The notes: generated by a model from the sequence alone, not told the origin. A stretch of 19,443 nt of DNA from Candidatus Micrarchaeota archaeon (GCA_037440825.1 JBBITJ010000004.1:8640-28082), one strand, 5' to 3'; numbered from the stretch's first letter, positions 1-8,572 are shown. Numbers and translations are program-made.

Positions 1-15
1 GAGAAAAAGAAGTAG
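1..15 (+). CDS. Probable 3' end of an upstream gene (…EKKK*), truncated by the window edge
   Basis: gag aaa aag aag tag at 1-15, 6 nt before the next ATG; too short to identify. Confidence 0.3.
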   Translation, partial: EKKK

Positions 16-21
16 GTTCGA

Positions 22-753
22 ATGGAAGACATTGAAATCGAGAAGGGCGTGATCCTCACAGCCGAAGGTTTGGCGGTGTTCAAGCCCCTGAAGCTCGCAG
101 CCGTCGCCGACCTCCACATAGGGTTCGAGGAAGCGCTGGGCGAGCAGCTCGCGCGCGTGCAAATCCGGATGATGCTGGAGAAATTCAACCGCGTCATTGC
201 GCGCCACGGGATAAAGGAAATTTTGCTGGACGGGGACATAAAATACTCGTTCGGCAAGGAGTCCAAGCAGGAATGGAAGGAGATAAAGTTCTTCGTTTCC
301 GATCTCCTCAAGAAGGTCCAAGTCAAGATCGTGAAGGGCAACCACGATTTCTACCTGGAGAACATTGTGCGCGACCTCGACGTGATGATTTCCAAGGAGT
401 TCGAGCTCAACGGCTACCTCTTTGCGCACGGCGACGGGGCTACCGAGCGCGGCAAAAAGAAGATGCTGATTATCGGCAACGAGCACCCCTCCATAAAGCT
501 GAGGGATGAAATCGGGGCGAGCAGGAAGTACCCATGCTTCCTCTATGCGAGGAAGGAGAAATTGCTCGTGCTGCCTGCCGCCAATCCATGGACCTACGGC
601 ACCGACGTGTTGGGCGCTGATTCGAGAGGGTTCCTTTCCCTTCCGCTGCGCGCAGCCAATGTTTCGGAAGCGGAAGTGTATGCGCTCGACGGACAGGAAA
701 TCTATGATTTTAAAAAGGTTAAAGACGTAAGGAAACTCCTTCTAGGAAGATAG
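22..753 (+). CDS. Calcineurin-like metallophosphoesterase (COG1407/MPE-like, the type often linked to Lhr helicase)
   Basis: Motifs ADLHIG, GD, GNHD, HG and xEHP followed by the 'K.PCFL' and 'LVLPA' segments typical of this archaeal family. Confidence 0.85.
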   Translation: MEDIEIEKGVILTAEGLAVFKPLKLAAVADLHIGFEEALGEQLARVQIRMMLEKFNRVIARHGIKEILLDGDIKYSFGKESKQEWKEIKFFVSDLLKKVQVKIVKGNHDFYLENIVRDLDVMISKEFELNGYLFAHGDGATERGKKKMLIIGNEHPSIKLRDEIGASRKYPCFLYARKEKLLVLPAANPWTYGTDVLGADSRGFLSLPLRAANVSEAEVYALDGQEIYDFKKVKDVRKLLLGR

Positions 754-764
754 GAGGCCTATTC

Positions 765-2054
765 ATGCTGAGAACGGATTACATAAAGGACGCGAAATTG
801 AAGAAGGGGCAGGAAGTCTCCATAGCCGGCTGGATCCACAAAATGGTGGACAAGGGCAAGATAAAATTCATAACTCTCAGGGACCGCACCGGCGCGATCC
901 AGGTCATCGCGAAGACCGGCGCGATTCCCGACGAGCTCATGGCCAGGATAACCGGCAGCAAGGAATACGCGGTGCGCATAAAGGGCAAAATCGTGGAGAG
1001 CAAGATGGCGCCGGACGGCGTAGAGCTGGTGCCGAGCGATTACGAGGTGCTCAACACGGTCGAGGAGAAGCTTCCCGTCGATCCCACGGACGAAGTCCCG
1101 TCAGATCTCGAAACCCGCCTCGAATACCGCTACCTCGACCTGAGAAGGAAGAAGATAAACGCGATTTTCGAGCTCAAGTCCATAATCGTCAATTCGTACA
1201 GGCAGAAGCTCGTGGAGATGGGATACACTGAAATCCACCCTCCTGCGATAATCGCTGCAGCGAGCGAAGGAGGAACTGATGTATTTGAATTGAAGTACTT
1301 CGAGAACCGAGCGTTCCTTGCGCAGAGCCCACAGCTCTACAAGCAGATCGCAGTAATAGGGGGATTGGACAAGGTGTTTAGCACAATGCCTGTCTTCCGC
1401 GCGGAGAAGCACAACACCACAACTCACCTCAATGAAATAACCATGATGGACGTGGAGCTCGGGTTCGCGGACCACCACGACGCGATGGACGTGCTCGAAA
1501 CTGTTTTCATCTCCATGCTGAAGGCAGCAGCTGCGCGCCCGGACCTCCTTTCGGCATGCGGAGCGGAGATAAAGGTTCCTGAGAAGATACGCAGGATAAG
1601 CTACGCGGAAGTGATTGAGCTCCTGAAAAAGGCAGGCGAGCCGATAGAGTGGGGCCACGATTTTTCCAAGGATAACGAGAAGAAGCTTTTCGAGCTCGTG
1701 GGCGAGGACGCGTTCTTCATCTACGAGTTCCCCACCGCGATAAGGGCGTTCTACTCCATGCCGAACGAGAAGGACCCGAGGATATGCAATTCCTTCGACC
1801 TCATGTACAAGGGGCTCGAGCTCTCTTCGGGCGCACAGCGCATCCACAAGGCGGAGCTGCTCGAAAAGGCGCTCAAGGACCGCGGGCTCAACCCGCTGGA
1901 TTTCAAGTTCTACCTGGATGCGTTCAGGTTCGGAGCTCCGCCGCACGCAGGTTTTGGCTTGGGGCTGGAGCGCATCACGATGAAATTCTGCAACCTGGAC
2001 AACATACGCGAGGCCGCGCTGTTCCCGAGGGACAGGACGAGGCTCAGGCCATAG
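765..2054 (+). CDS. aspS: Aspartate-tRNA(Asp/Asn) ligase, archaeal type, probably non-discriminating
   Basis: OB-fold N-terminus (GWIH…LRDRTG), RLEYRYLDLR, LAQSPQLYKQ, motif 2 FRAEKHNT, motif 3 PPHAGFGLGLER, FPRD; GGAGG RBS upstream. Confidence 0.96.
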   Translation: MLRTDYIKDAKLKKGQEVSIAGWIHKMVDKGKIKFITLRDRTGAIQVIAKTGAIPDELMARITGSKEYAVRIKGKIVESKMAPDGVELVPSDYEVLNTVEEKLPVDPTDEVPSDLETRLEYRYLDLRRKKINAIFELKSIIVNSYRQKLVEMGYTEIHPPAIIAAASEGGTDVFELKYFENRAFLAQSPQLYKQIAVIGGLDKVFSTMPVFRAEKHNTTTHLNEITMMDVELGFADHHDAMDVLETVFISMLKAAAARPDLLSACGAEIKVPEKIRRISYAEVIELLKKAGEPIEWGHDFSKDNEKKLFELVGEDAFFIYEFPTAIRAFYSMPNEKDPRICNSFDLMYKGLELSSGAQRIHKAELLEKALKDRGLNPLDFKFYLDAFRFGAPPHAGFGLGLERITMKFCNLDNIREAALFPRDRTRLRP

Positions 2055-2091
2055 GTGTTTCCGGCTTCGAGTTCCGGAATGAAGTGATTGC

Positions 2092-2862
2092 ATGACGATA
2101 ATGGTTGCAAACGATGACGGGCTCACGGACGGGCTGAAGATACTCACCGAGGCCGTGCAGAAGCTCGGCAAGGAAGTGTACGCTATAACTCCAGACAGGC
2201 AGCAGAGCGCAGTAGCGAAAGGCGTCACGCTCCACCGCATCCTTCGGCTCAGGAGGGTCGAGGAGGAGAAGCTCCCCATCTACGAGCTTAACGGAACTCC
2301 CGCGGACTGCGTCTCCTTCGGTATTTATTCAGGGGAATTCAAGAAGCCCGAGCTGGTGCTTTCAGGCATAAACATAGGCGACAATCTCTCCCTGCACAGC
2401 TTCTATTCCTCAGGCACGATAGGCGCGTGCCTCGAAGCCGCGTTCTACGGGATTCCCGGCATCGCGTTCTCGCTGGAGATGCACAAGGAGGAGAGGGAAA
2501 GGGCCAATTACTACAAATGGGACAAGCATTCCGCGCTCCGCGACAAGGTGGCGGAAATCTTGCAGCGGCTCGTGGGGAAGATCCCTCCATACACGGTGAT
2601 AAACGTCAACCTCCCGAAGGACTTCGAGAAGGCAGACATAGTCTTTCCGAGGCCCACTCTCATCAAATACGCGTCCAAGCTGGAGAAGCGCATAGACCCC
2701 CACGGGACTCCCTACTATTGGCATTACGGCGAGGACCGGCCTGCGGAGGAAGGAAGCGACGTCTACGAATTCTACGTGAACAAGTGCATCACGATAACTC
2801 CGATAAGCATACTCGGCATAGTGGAAGATTCTGCGGTCGCGAAGATAAGGAAGGCGTTCTAG
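2092..2862 (+). CDS. surE: 5'/3'-nucleotidase SurE
   Basis: N-terminal NDDG, GTPADCV, SGINIGDN, SGTIGA, INVNLP and terminal ITITPI motifs. Confidence 0.93.
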   Translation: MTIMVANDDGLTDGLKILTEAVQKLGKEVYAITPDRQQSAVAKGVTLHRILRLRRVEEEKLPIYELNGTPADCVSFGIYSGEFKKPELVLSGINIGDNLSLHSFYSSGTIGACLEAAFYGIPGIAFSLEMHKEERERANYYKWDKHSALRDKVAEILQRLVGKIPPYTVINVNLPKDFEKADIVFPRPTLIKYASKLEKRIDPHGTPYYWHYGEDRPAEEGSDVYEFYVNKCITITPISILGIVEDSAVAKIRKAF

Positions 2863-2868
2863 CGTTTC

Positions 2869-3651
2869 CTATTTCCGTATCCCTTCCGAGCCCTCCTCGC
2901 TCTCGAATGCGCCGGAAAGCGCGGCGAACCTGTAGCAGAACTTCTCCTTCCCGCTCAGGGCTATGAGCAGGCATTCCCTTTTCCATCCCTTCCCCTTCAC
3001 GGCGAGCCAGTGCTCCTCCTCGAATCCGAGCCCAATCCCAGGTTCGGAAAGCGGAACCCCATTCCTTTTCGCGAGCTCCTCCGCGTCTATGAGGTCGCGC
3101 GAGTTCCCGTGTATGACGTGCACTTCATTTCCGTTCGTGATTAGTCCGACCTCCCTGGAAACCATGAAGCATTCCGAGCCCTTCTCCAGGTCCAATTTGG
3201 CAGACAGCGTGCTCCTGTCGGCCCTGGAAAGGATGTATCTGCCGAGCGCGCGGTCCAGCACGAGCAGGCTGCCGTCGCATGCGGACGCGCGGTAATCGTC
3301 GGAGAGCGCGAACCCGAGCGAACGGTCGTTGAACCTCATCTCCACCTCCTCCTTTCCGTAAGTTATAGAGGCATAAACTGCATTCTTCCTTCCTTCATCA
3401 AGCACGAAGAATCCTGCGTTTCCGCTCTCCCCGTCCTTTTTCCTGTTTTCGGAAAGCACGAATCGGGCGTTTTCCGAAAGCTCCCCTGCTGCGGAGCCCT
3501 TCACAGGGTTGATCTGCCCTGTGGACGAATTCCTCATCACGAGGAACCCTTCGTCCACATAAACCAGGTACTTTCCGAAAAAGAGCTCCTTCGCGGTCCT
3601 GCTCACGCTCGTTTCCTTGAACCATTCCATGAGCGTTTCCGGGTTTGCCAC
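2869..3651 (-). CDS. Hypothetical protein (~260 aa, beta-strand-rich pattern)
   Basis: Long ORF filling the gap. Start reassigned from 3717 to GTG 3651, which lies 4 nt after an AGGTGA RBS overlapping the deaminase stop, the same spacing as rrp4/rrp41. Confidence 0.7.
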   Translation of the reverse strand: MANPETLMEWFKETSVSRTAKELFFGKYLVYVDEGFLVMRNSSTGQINPVKGSAAGELSENARFVLSENRKKDGESGNAGFFVLDEGRKNAVYASITYGKEEVEMRFNDRSLGFALSDDYRASACDGSLLVLDRALGRYILSRADRSTLSAKLDLEKGSECFMVSREVGLITNGNEVHVIHGNSRDLIDAEELAKRNGVPLSEPGIGLGFEEEHWLAVKGKGWKRECLLIALSGKEKFCYRFAALSGAFESEEGSEGIRK

Positions 3652-3655
3652 GCAG

Positions 3656-4942
3656 TCACCTACTGACCAGGTCAGCAGCAATCTTGCTTGCCTTCTCCAC
3701 CACTTTCTGCTCATCAAAAACGGTTATCTTCCCATCCTCCATGAGCAGTTTCCCGTCGCATATCACGTATCTTGTATTAGACGGGTTCATCGCGTAAACG
3801 ATGTTCGCCACCGGATCGTGCGCAGGTGCCATGTTCGCGCTTTTCATGTCAACAAGCACTATGTCCGCCAGCTTCCCTTCCTCTATTATTCCTGCATCAA
3901 TTCCCATCGCATTCGCGCCATTCACTGTCGCGAAATCCAGCGCCTGCTGCGCACTGATCAGCGTGGGGTCCCAGTAGAAATTCTTCTGCAAAAGCGCGGC
4001 CATCTTCATCGTTTCCATCATGTCGAGCGAGTTGTTGCTCGCCGCGCCGTCCGTCCCGAGCGCCACGTTCGCGCCTGCAGCAGCGAATTCGGATATGGGG
4101 CTCACCCCTCCACTCGCGAGCTTCATGTTGCTTATTGGATTGTGCGCGATTGTCGCGCCCCTCTTTCCTGCAAGGGCGATCTCCCTCTTGGTCACGTATG
4201 ACGCGTGCGCCAGCACAGTCTTTTCGTCAAGCGCCCCCAGCCCGTCCAGATACTCTATCGGCCTCTTGCCCGTCTCCTTCAGGCAGTCGAACACTTCCTT
4301 CCTCGTCTCGCCCGCGTGGATGTGGAATTGCAGTCCCTTCCCGTCCGCGAACTCCTTGCCCATGCGGATGAGCTCCGCGCTGCACGTGTACGGTGCGTGG
4401 CATGCGACCGCCGCCTTCACCCTTCCGCTGCGGGTTCCGAGTTTTGCGACATGGTTCCGAGTTTCGCGCATCTCTCTGTCCGTGCTGTGCCCCGGAACCC
4501 TGTCGAACATGCCCAACGCGATGGAAGCCCGCACTCCGCCTTTTTCAGCGGCTTCAGCAATGTTCTCCAGCCCTGTAAGGTACATTTCATTGAAGGAAGT
4601 GATTCCGCACCTTACCATCTCCGCGATTCCGAGCATCGTTCCCCAATAAACGTCGTCAGGCTTCAGCTTCGCCTCCGCAGGCCATATCTTCTTCGTGAGC
4701 CAGTCGTGCAGCCTCATCCCTTCCCCGTAGCCGCGGAAGAGCGTCATCGCTACGTGCGTGTGTGCATTCACCAATCCGGGAAAAGCGAGCATGCCTTTCG
4801 CATCTATCTTAATTTCCGCATTTTCCTTCAGGTCCTTTCCCATGCGCTCGATCCTGTTTCCCGAAATGAGGATGTCTGCGTCAATGGTTTCGCGTTTCGC
4901 GTTTTGCGTGATGATTTTAGCATTCTTTATGAGGATACCCAT
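3656..4942 (-). CDS. mtaD: Amidohydrolase, 5'-methylthioadenosine/S-adenosylhomocysteine/5'-deoxyadenosine deaminase (MtaD/DadD) family
   Basis: PGLVNAHTH, HAPYTCS, HIHAGET, HNPISNMKLASG, LGTDGAASNNSLDM, GKLADIV; ATG 4942 preceded by AGGAG. Confidence 0.85.
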   Translation of the reverse strand: MGILIKNAKIITQNAKRETIDADILISGNRIERMGKDLKENAEIKIDAKGMLAFPGLVNAHTHVAMTLFRGYGEGMRLHDWLTKKIWPAEAKLKPDDVYWGTMLGIAEMVRCGITSFNEMYLTGLENIAEAAEKGGVRASIALGMFDRVPGHSTDREMRETRNHVAKLGTRSGRVKAAVACHAPYTCSAELIRMGKEFADGKGLQFHIHAGETRKEVFDCLKETGKRPIEYLDGLGALDEKTVLAHASYVTKREIALAGKRGATIAHNPISNMKLASGGVSPISEFAAAGANVALGTDGAASNNSLDMMETMKMAALLQKNFYWDPTLISAQQALDFATVNGANAMGIDAGIIEEGKLADIVLVDMKSANMAPAHDPVANIVYAMNPSNTRYVICDGKLLMEDGKITVFDEQKVVEKASKIAADLVSR

Positions 4943-4963
4943 GGCATTTTCTCTCCTGCAAGA

Positions 4964-4970
4964 TTTTAAA
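4964..4970. promoter_or_regulatory. Candidate shared TATA box of the divergent mtaD/ahcY pair
   Basis: TTTTAAA in the middle of a 45-nt intergenic gap; reads as a TATA box on either strand. Confidence 0.5.
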
Positions 4971-4987
4971 CCCATTTAGCACAAATA

Positions 4988-6262
4988 ATGGCGGCTGATT
5001 CTATGGATTCCGGGAAAAATTACGAAGTCAAAGATCTGAAGCTCGCGGAGCAGGGGCGCATGAACATCTCCCTCGCGGAGAGGCGCATGGGCATAATGCA
5101 GATGCTCAAGAGCAGGTTCGCGAAGGAGAAGCCGTTCAGGAATCTCACCATCGGGATGGCGTTGCACGTGACGAAGGAGACCGCGGTGCTTGTGCGCGCG
5201 CTCGCTGCAGGAGGCGCGAAAATCGCAATCACGGGCTGCAACCCGCTCTCCACGCAGGATGATGTGGCCGCAGCGCTCGTGGAAGAGGGAATTTCGGTTT
5301 ACGCTTACAAGGGCGAGACGCACGATGATTATTACCGCTACTTAGAGAAAGTGATAGAAGCGAAGCCCGACCTTACTATTGATGACGGCGCAGACCTCGT
5401 TTCCCTAATTCATAAGAAGCACAAGGAGCTCATACCGTCCCTTCTTGGAGGAAGCGAGGAGACCACTACCGGAATCATAAGGCTGCGGGCGATGGAGCGC
5501 GACAAGGCGCTCAAGTATCCCGTGATAGCGGTGAACGACAACAAGACCAAGCACCTCTTGGATAACTATTATGGGACAGGGCAATCCACCATTGATGGAA
5601 TTTTGAGGGCAACGAACATCCTCATCGCCGGAAAGAAATTCGTTGTTGCTGGCTACGGCCCGTGCGGAAAAGGCGTTTCCATGCGCGCCAAGGGCATGGG
5701 GGCGAACGTCGTGGTCACGGAAGTTGATGCGTTCAGGGCTCTGCAGGCGGTTTTGGACGGTTTCGAGGTTTTGCCCATGAAGGACGCGGCGAAAATAGGG
5801 GACGTCTTTGTGACTGTGACCGGAGACAAGAATGTGATAACGCTTGAGCACATGAAGCTCATGAAGGACAACGCGGTTTTGGTTAACAGCGGGCACTTCG
5901 ACGTGGAAATAAGCGTGGCTGCGCTGAACAAGGTCGCCAAGCCAAAGCGCGTGCGCCCTTCACTGGACGAATACGACTTGGGCGGCAAGAAGCTTTACGT
6001 GTGCGGAGAAGGCCGTCTCGTCAACCTCGCGGCTGCGGAAGGCCACCCGAGCGAAGTGATGGCCACCAGCTTCGCAGGCCAAGCATTGGCGATGGAATTC
6101 ATAGTGAAGAACAAGGGCAAGCTCAAGCCCGGCGTGATAACGCTCCCAGAATCCCTGGACGACGAGATCGCGCGGCTCCAGCTGGATTCGATGGGCGTGA
6201 AGATCGACACGCTCACTGAGGAACAGAGGAAATACCTTTCGAGCTGGGAAGAAGGGACCTGA
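4988..6262 (+). CDS. ahcY: Adenosylhomocysteinase (alternative start ATG 5003)
   Basis: LHVTKETA, CNPLSTQDDVA, DDGADL, EETTTG, NAD-binding GYGPCGKG, GHFDVE, GRLVNLAAAEGHPSEVM. Confidence 0.97.
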   Translation: MAADSMDSGKNYEVKDLKLAEQGRMNISLAERRMGIMQMLKSRFAKEKPFRNLTIGMALHVTKETAVLVRALAAGGAKIAITGCNPLSTQDDVAAALVEEGISVYAYKGETHDDYYRYLEKVIEAKPDLTIDDGADLVSLIHKKHKELIPSLLGGSEETTTGIIRLRAMERDKALKYPVIAVNDNKTKHLLDNYYGTGQSTIDGILRATNILIAGKKFVVAGYGPCGKGVSMRAKGMGANVVVTEVDAFRALQAVLDGFEVLPMKDAAKIGDVFVTVTGDKNVITLEHMKLMKDNAVLVNSGHFDVEISVAALNKVAKPKRVRPSLDEYDLGGKKLYVCGEGRLVNLAAAEGHPSEVMATSFAGQALAMEFIVKNKGKLKPGVITLPESLDDEIARLQLDSMGVKIDTLTEEQRKYLSSWEEGT

Positions 6263-6282
6263 GAGGCGCCGCAGGGATAACG

Positions 6283-6291
6283 TTTTAAATA
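6283..6291 (+). promoter_or_regulatory. Candidate TATA box for aIF-2beta/aIF-1A
   Basis: TTTAAATA about 50 nt upstream of ATG 6340; GGTG RBS before the start. Confidence 0.45.
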
Positions 6292-6339
6292 GGGGACGAG
6301 AGTATCAACATCGCAATCTGTTTAATTCATGGTGTATAA

Positions 6340-6744
6340 ATGAAGAAATACGAGGATTTGCTGGACGAGGCTTACAAGAACGTCCCGAAGAAGCTCAGCA
6401 GCGGCGAGCGTTTCGAGATCCCGCGCCTTGAGGCTTTCTCGGAAGGCAACAAAACTATGGTTAGGAACTTCGGTTCCGCGGTGGATACTGTAAGGCGCAA
6501 CCGCCAGGAAGTCATGAAATTCCTTTCCAAGGAGCTCGCAGTTCCAGTGAACATGGATGGCGACCGCCTCATACTCCAGAGGAAACTCTTCGGCGACCTC
6601 ATCAACAAGAAATTCGAGGACTACGTTAACTCTTACGTCATATGCAAACAGTGCAAGAAGCCGGACACGCACATCGAGGATATGGGCCACGGCCTCCGCA
6701 ACATAGTTTGCGAGGCGTGCGGTGCAAGGCACCCGGTCAAGTGA
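6340..6744 (+). CDS. eif2b: Translation initiation factor 2 subunit beta (aIF-2beta)
   Basis: YEDLLDEAY…ERFEIP, GNKT, KELA, C-terminal Zn ribbon CKQCKKPDT…CEACGA. Confidence 0.95.
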   Translation: MKKYEDLLDEAYKNVPKKLSSGERFEIPRLEAFSEGNKTMVRNFGSAVDTVRRNRQEVMKFLSKELAVPVNMDGDRLILQRKLFGDLINKKFEDYVNSYVICKQCKKPDTHIEDMGHGLRNIVCEACGARHPVK

Positions 6745-6749
6745 TCATC

Positions 6750-7058
6750 ATGGCAGACACAAACATACCTCCAGAACAGCAGTCCCAGTTCAGGCTTAGG
6801 CTCCCCAGGGGGAAGGAAGTGCTCGGCATAGTTATCGGGCTCGTCGGCGGAAGCCGCATGATCGTCACGTGCAAGGACGGCAAGGAGAGGAACTGCCGCG
6901 TTCCCGGAAGGTTGAAGAACGAGGTGTGGGTGCGCGACGGAGACGTAGTCATAGTGGAGCCTTGGGAAATAGAGGGCGACAAGCGCGGGGACATAATCTG
7001 GCGCTACACGCCGCTCCAGTCAAGGATGCTCAAGGAGAAGGGCTACATAAGAGGCTAG
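6750..7058 (+). CDS. eif1a: Translation initiation factor 1A (aIF-1A)
   Basis: RLP…GGSRMIVTCKDGKERNCRVPGRLKNEVWVRDGDVVIVEPW…RGDIIWRY; true start ATG 6750 after GTGA (ORF track over-extends to 6642). Confidence 0.95.
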   Translation: MADTNIPPEQQSQFRLRLPRGKEVLGIVIGLVGGSRMIVTCKDGKERNCRVPGRLKNEVWVRDGDVVIVEPWEIEGDKRGDIIWRYTPLQSRMLKEKGYIRG

Positions 7059-7070
7059 ATGCCACCTTTT

Positions 7071-7156
7071 TTCAGCCTTCAATTCCCGTCTCCAGTCTTG
7101 AGTTCCGGCTTTCGGTCTCGGGTTTCCAGTTTTCCGTTCAGCGTTTTGCTCGGTTT
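7071..7156. repeat. Degenerate 7-bp-period tandem repeat tract (approx. TTYCRGT) between convergent genes
   Basis: GT dinucleotides at 7088, 7095, 7102, 7115, 7122, 7129, 7136, 7143 (GC at 7108); pyrimidine-rich; may also act as a terminator. Confidence 0.7.
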
Positions 7157-7165
7157 GCTTTTTGC

Positions 7166-8572
7166 CTATTTCTTCTTTTCGCCAAGGTTCGGCTTAGTCA
7201 ATTTGGCGGGATCGAGCGCCTTGTCCAATTCCTCGGCAGTCATCACTTTCTTCTCAAGCACGATCTGCCTTATCGTCTTCCCGGTCTTTTGCGCCTCGGT
7301 CACCCATTCCGCTACGGTCTTGTAGCCGAAGATGGGGTTGAGCGCGGTCCCGATTATGAGTCCCCTGTCCAGGTGCTCGCGTACCTTCTTCTCGTTCGGC
7401 GTTATCCCGGAGACGCACAAGTCAGCGAACATCTCCATCGTCTTCCCCAGGATGGAAAGCGAGTCGTGGATGTCATACATTATTATCGGCGTGTAAACAT
7501 TCAGTTCCAGCACCCCGTTCATGGTCCCGAGCATCACGGTCTGGTCCCTCCCAATCACTTGGAAGCACACCATGTCAACGCATTCCGGAATTGAAGGATT
7601 GACTTTCCCTGGCATTATGGACGAGCCGGGCTCAACTTCCGGGAGCACTATCTCGGCAATTCCGGCGTTCGGCCCGGAATTCAGCAGCTTGAAATCGTTC
7701 GAAATCTTGATTAGGTCTATCGCGAGGATGCGCAGCGCGCCAGAGACCGCGAGGAAATCGTCGAAGTTCTGCGTTTTCTCTATCTTGTCCGCAGCAACCC
7801 TGAATCCGAGCCCGGTGAGCTTGTTGAGCCAATCCACTGTAACCTCGGCGAATTTCGGATGGGTGTTTATCCCAGTCCCTATCGCGGTCCCTCCTATTCC
7901 CAAATCTTTCAGATGGTCCGCAGCCTCGAGCAGGTATTTCCTGGAATTAGCGAGCTTGTTCGCGTACGCTTCGAATTCCTGCCCAAGCGTAACTGGAACT
8001 GCGTCCTGGTAATGTGTCCTTCCAGTCTTCACTATTCCCGCGAACTCCTTGGCCTTCTTCCTCAGCTCTTTCTCCAGCTTGTCCAGCGAAGGGAGGAAAT
8101 CATTCACAGCATAGACAATGGAAATCCTCGTCGCAGTCGGTATCACGTCATTGGAGGATTGCGACGCGTTGGGGTGGTCGTTCGGCCTCACGAGGTCGTA
8201 CTTTCCTTTTTCCTTGCCCAGAATCTCGAGCGCCCTGTTGGCCAGCACCTCGTTCATGTTCATGTTGTACGGAGTCCCTGCTCCTGCCTGGTACACGTCA
8301 AGGGGAAACTGCGAGTCGAATTTCCCGGCCATCACTTCGTCAGCCGCCTGCACGAGCGCGGCTCCGATCTTTGCGTCGAGTGTTCCGAGCTCCACGTTCG
8401 CGAGGGCACACGCCTTTTTCACGAGCGCAAGCGAATATATGAACCTCTTCGGCGCCCGTATTCCGCTTATCTGGAAGTTCCTCATCGCGCGCACCGTGAA
8501 TATGCCGTAATGCGCGTCCTTAGGAACCTGAACTTCCCCAAGAAAATCCTTCTCCGTTCTGTAATCCGCCAT
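7166..8572 (-). CDS. Aspartate ammonia-lyase / class II fumarate hydratase family protein
   Basis: Signature GSSIMPGKVNP, GRTHYQDA, SQSSND, QAGAGTPYNMNMNEVLAN; ATG 8572 with GGAGG RBS. QAGAGT is AspA-like and SSND is FumC-like, so the substrate is unresolved. Confidence 0.9.
   Translation of the reverse strand: MADYRTEKDFLGEVQVPKDAHYGIFTVRAMRNFQISGIRAPKRFIYSLALVKKACALANVELGTLDAKIGAALVQAADEVMAGKFDSQFPLDVYQAGAGTPYNMNMNEVLANRALEILGKEKGKYDLVRPNDHPNASQSSNDVIPTATRISIVYAVNDFLPSLDKLEKELRKKAKEFAGIVKTGRTHYQDAVPVTLGQEFEAYANKLANSRKYLLEAADHLKDLGIGGTAIGTGINTHPKFAEVTVDWLNKLTGLGFRVAADKIEKTQNFDDFLAVSGALRILAIDLIKISNDFKLLNSGPNAGIAEIVLPEVEPGSSIMPGKVNPSIPECVDMVCFQVIGRDQTVMLGTMNGVLELNVYTPIIMYDIHDSLSILGKTMEMFADLCVSGITPNEKKVREHLDRGLIIGTALNPIFGYKTVAEWVTEAQKTGKTIRQIVLEKKVMTAEELDKALDPAKLTKPNLGEKKK

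Noticed and set aside
1101..2279. 392-aa minus-strand ORF, and similar long shadow ORFs at 17783-18889, 4205-4969, 10752-11420, 13951-14751 and 16094-16744
   Set aside because: Antisense to clearly identified genes, no recognisable motifs; expected from the G/C-ending codon bias
7071..7156. CRISPR array
   Set aside because: Units are 7-bp degenerate tandem repeats with no unique spacers, and no cas genes are nearby
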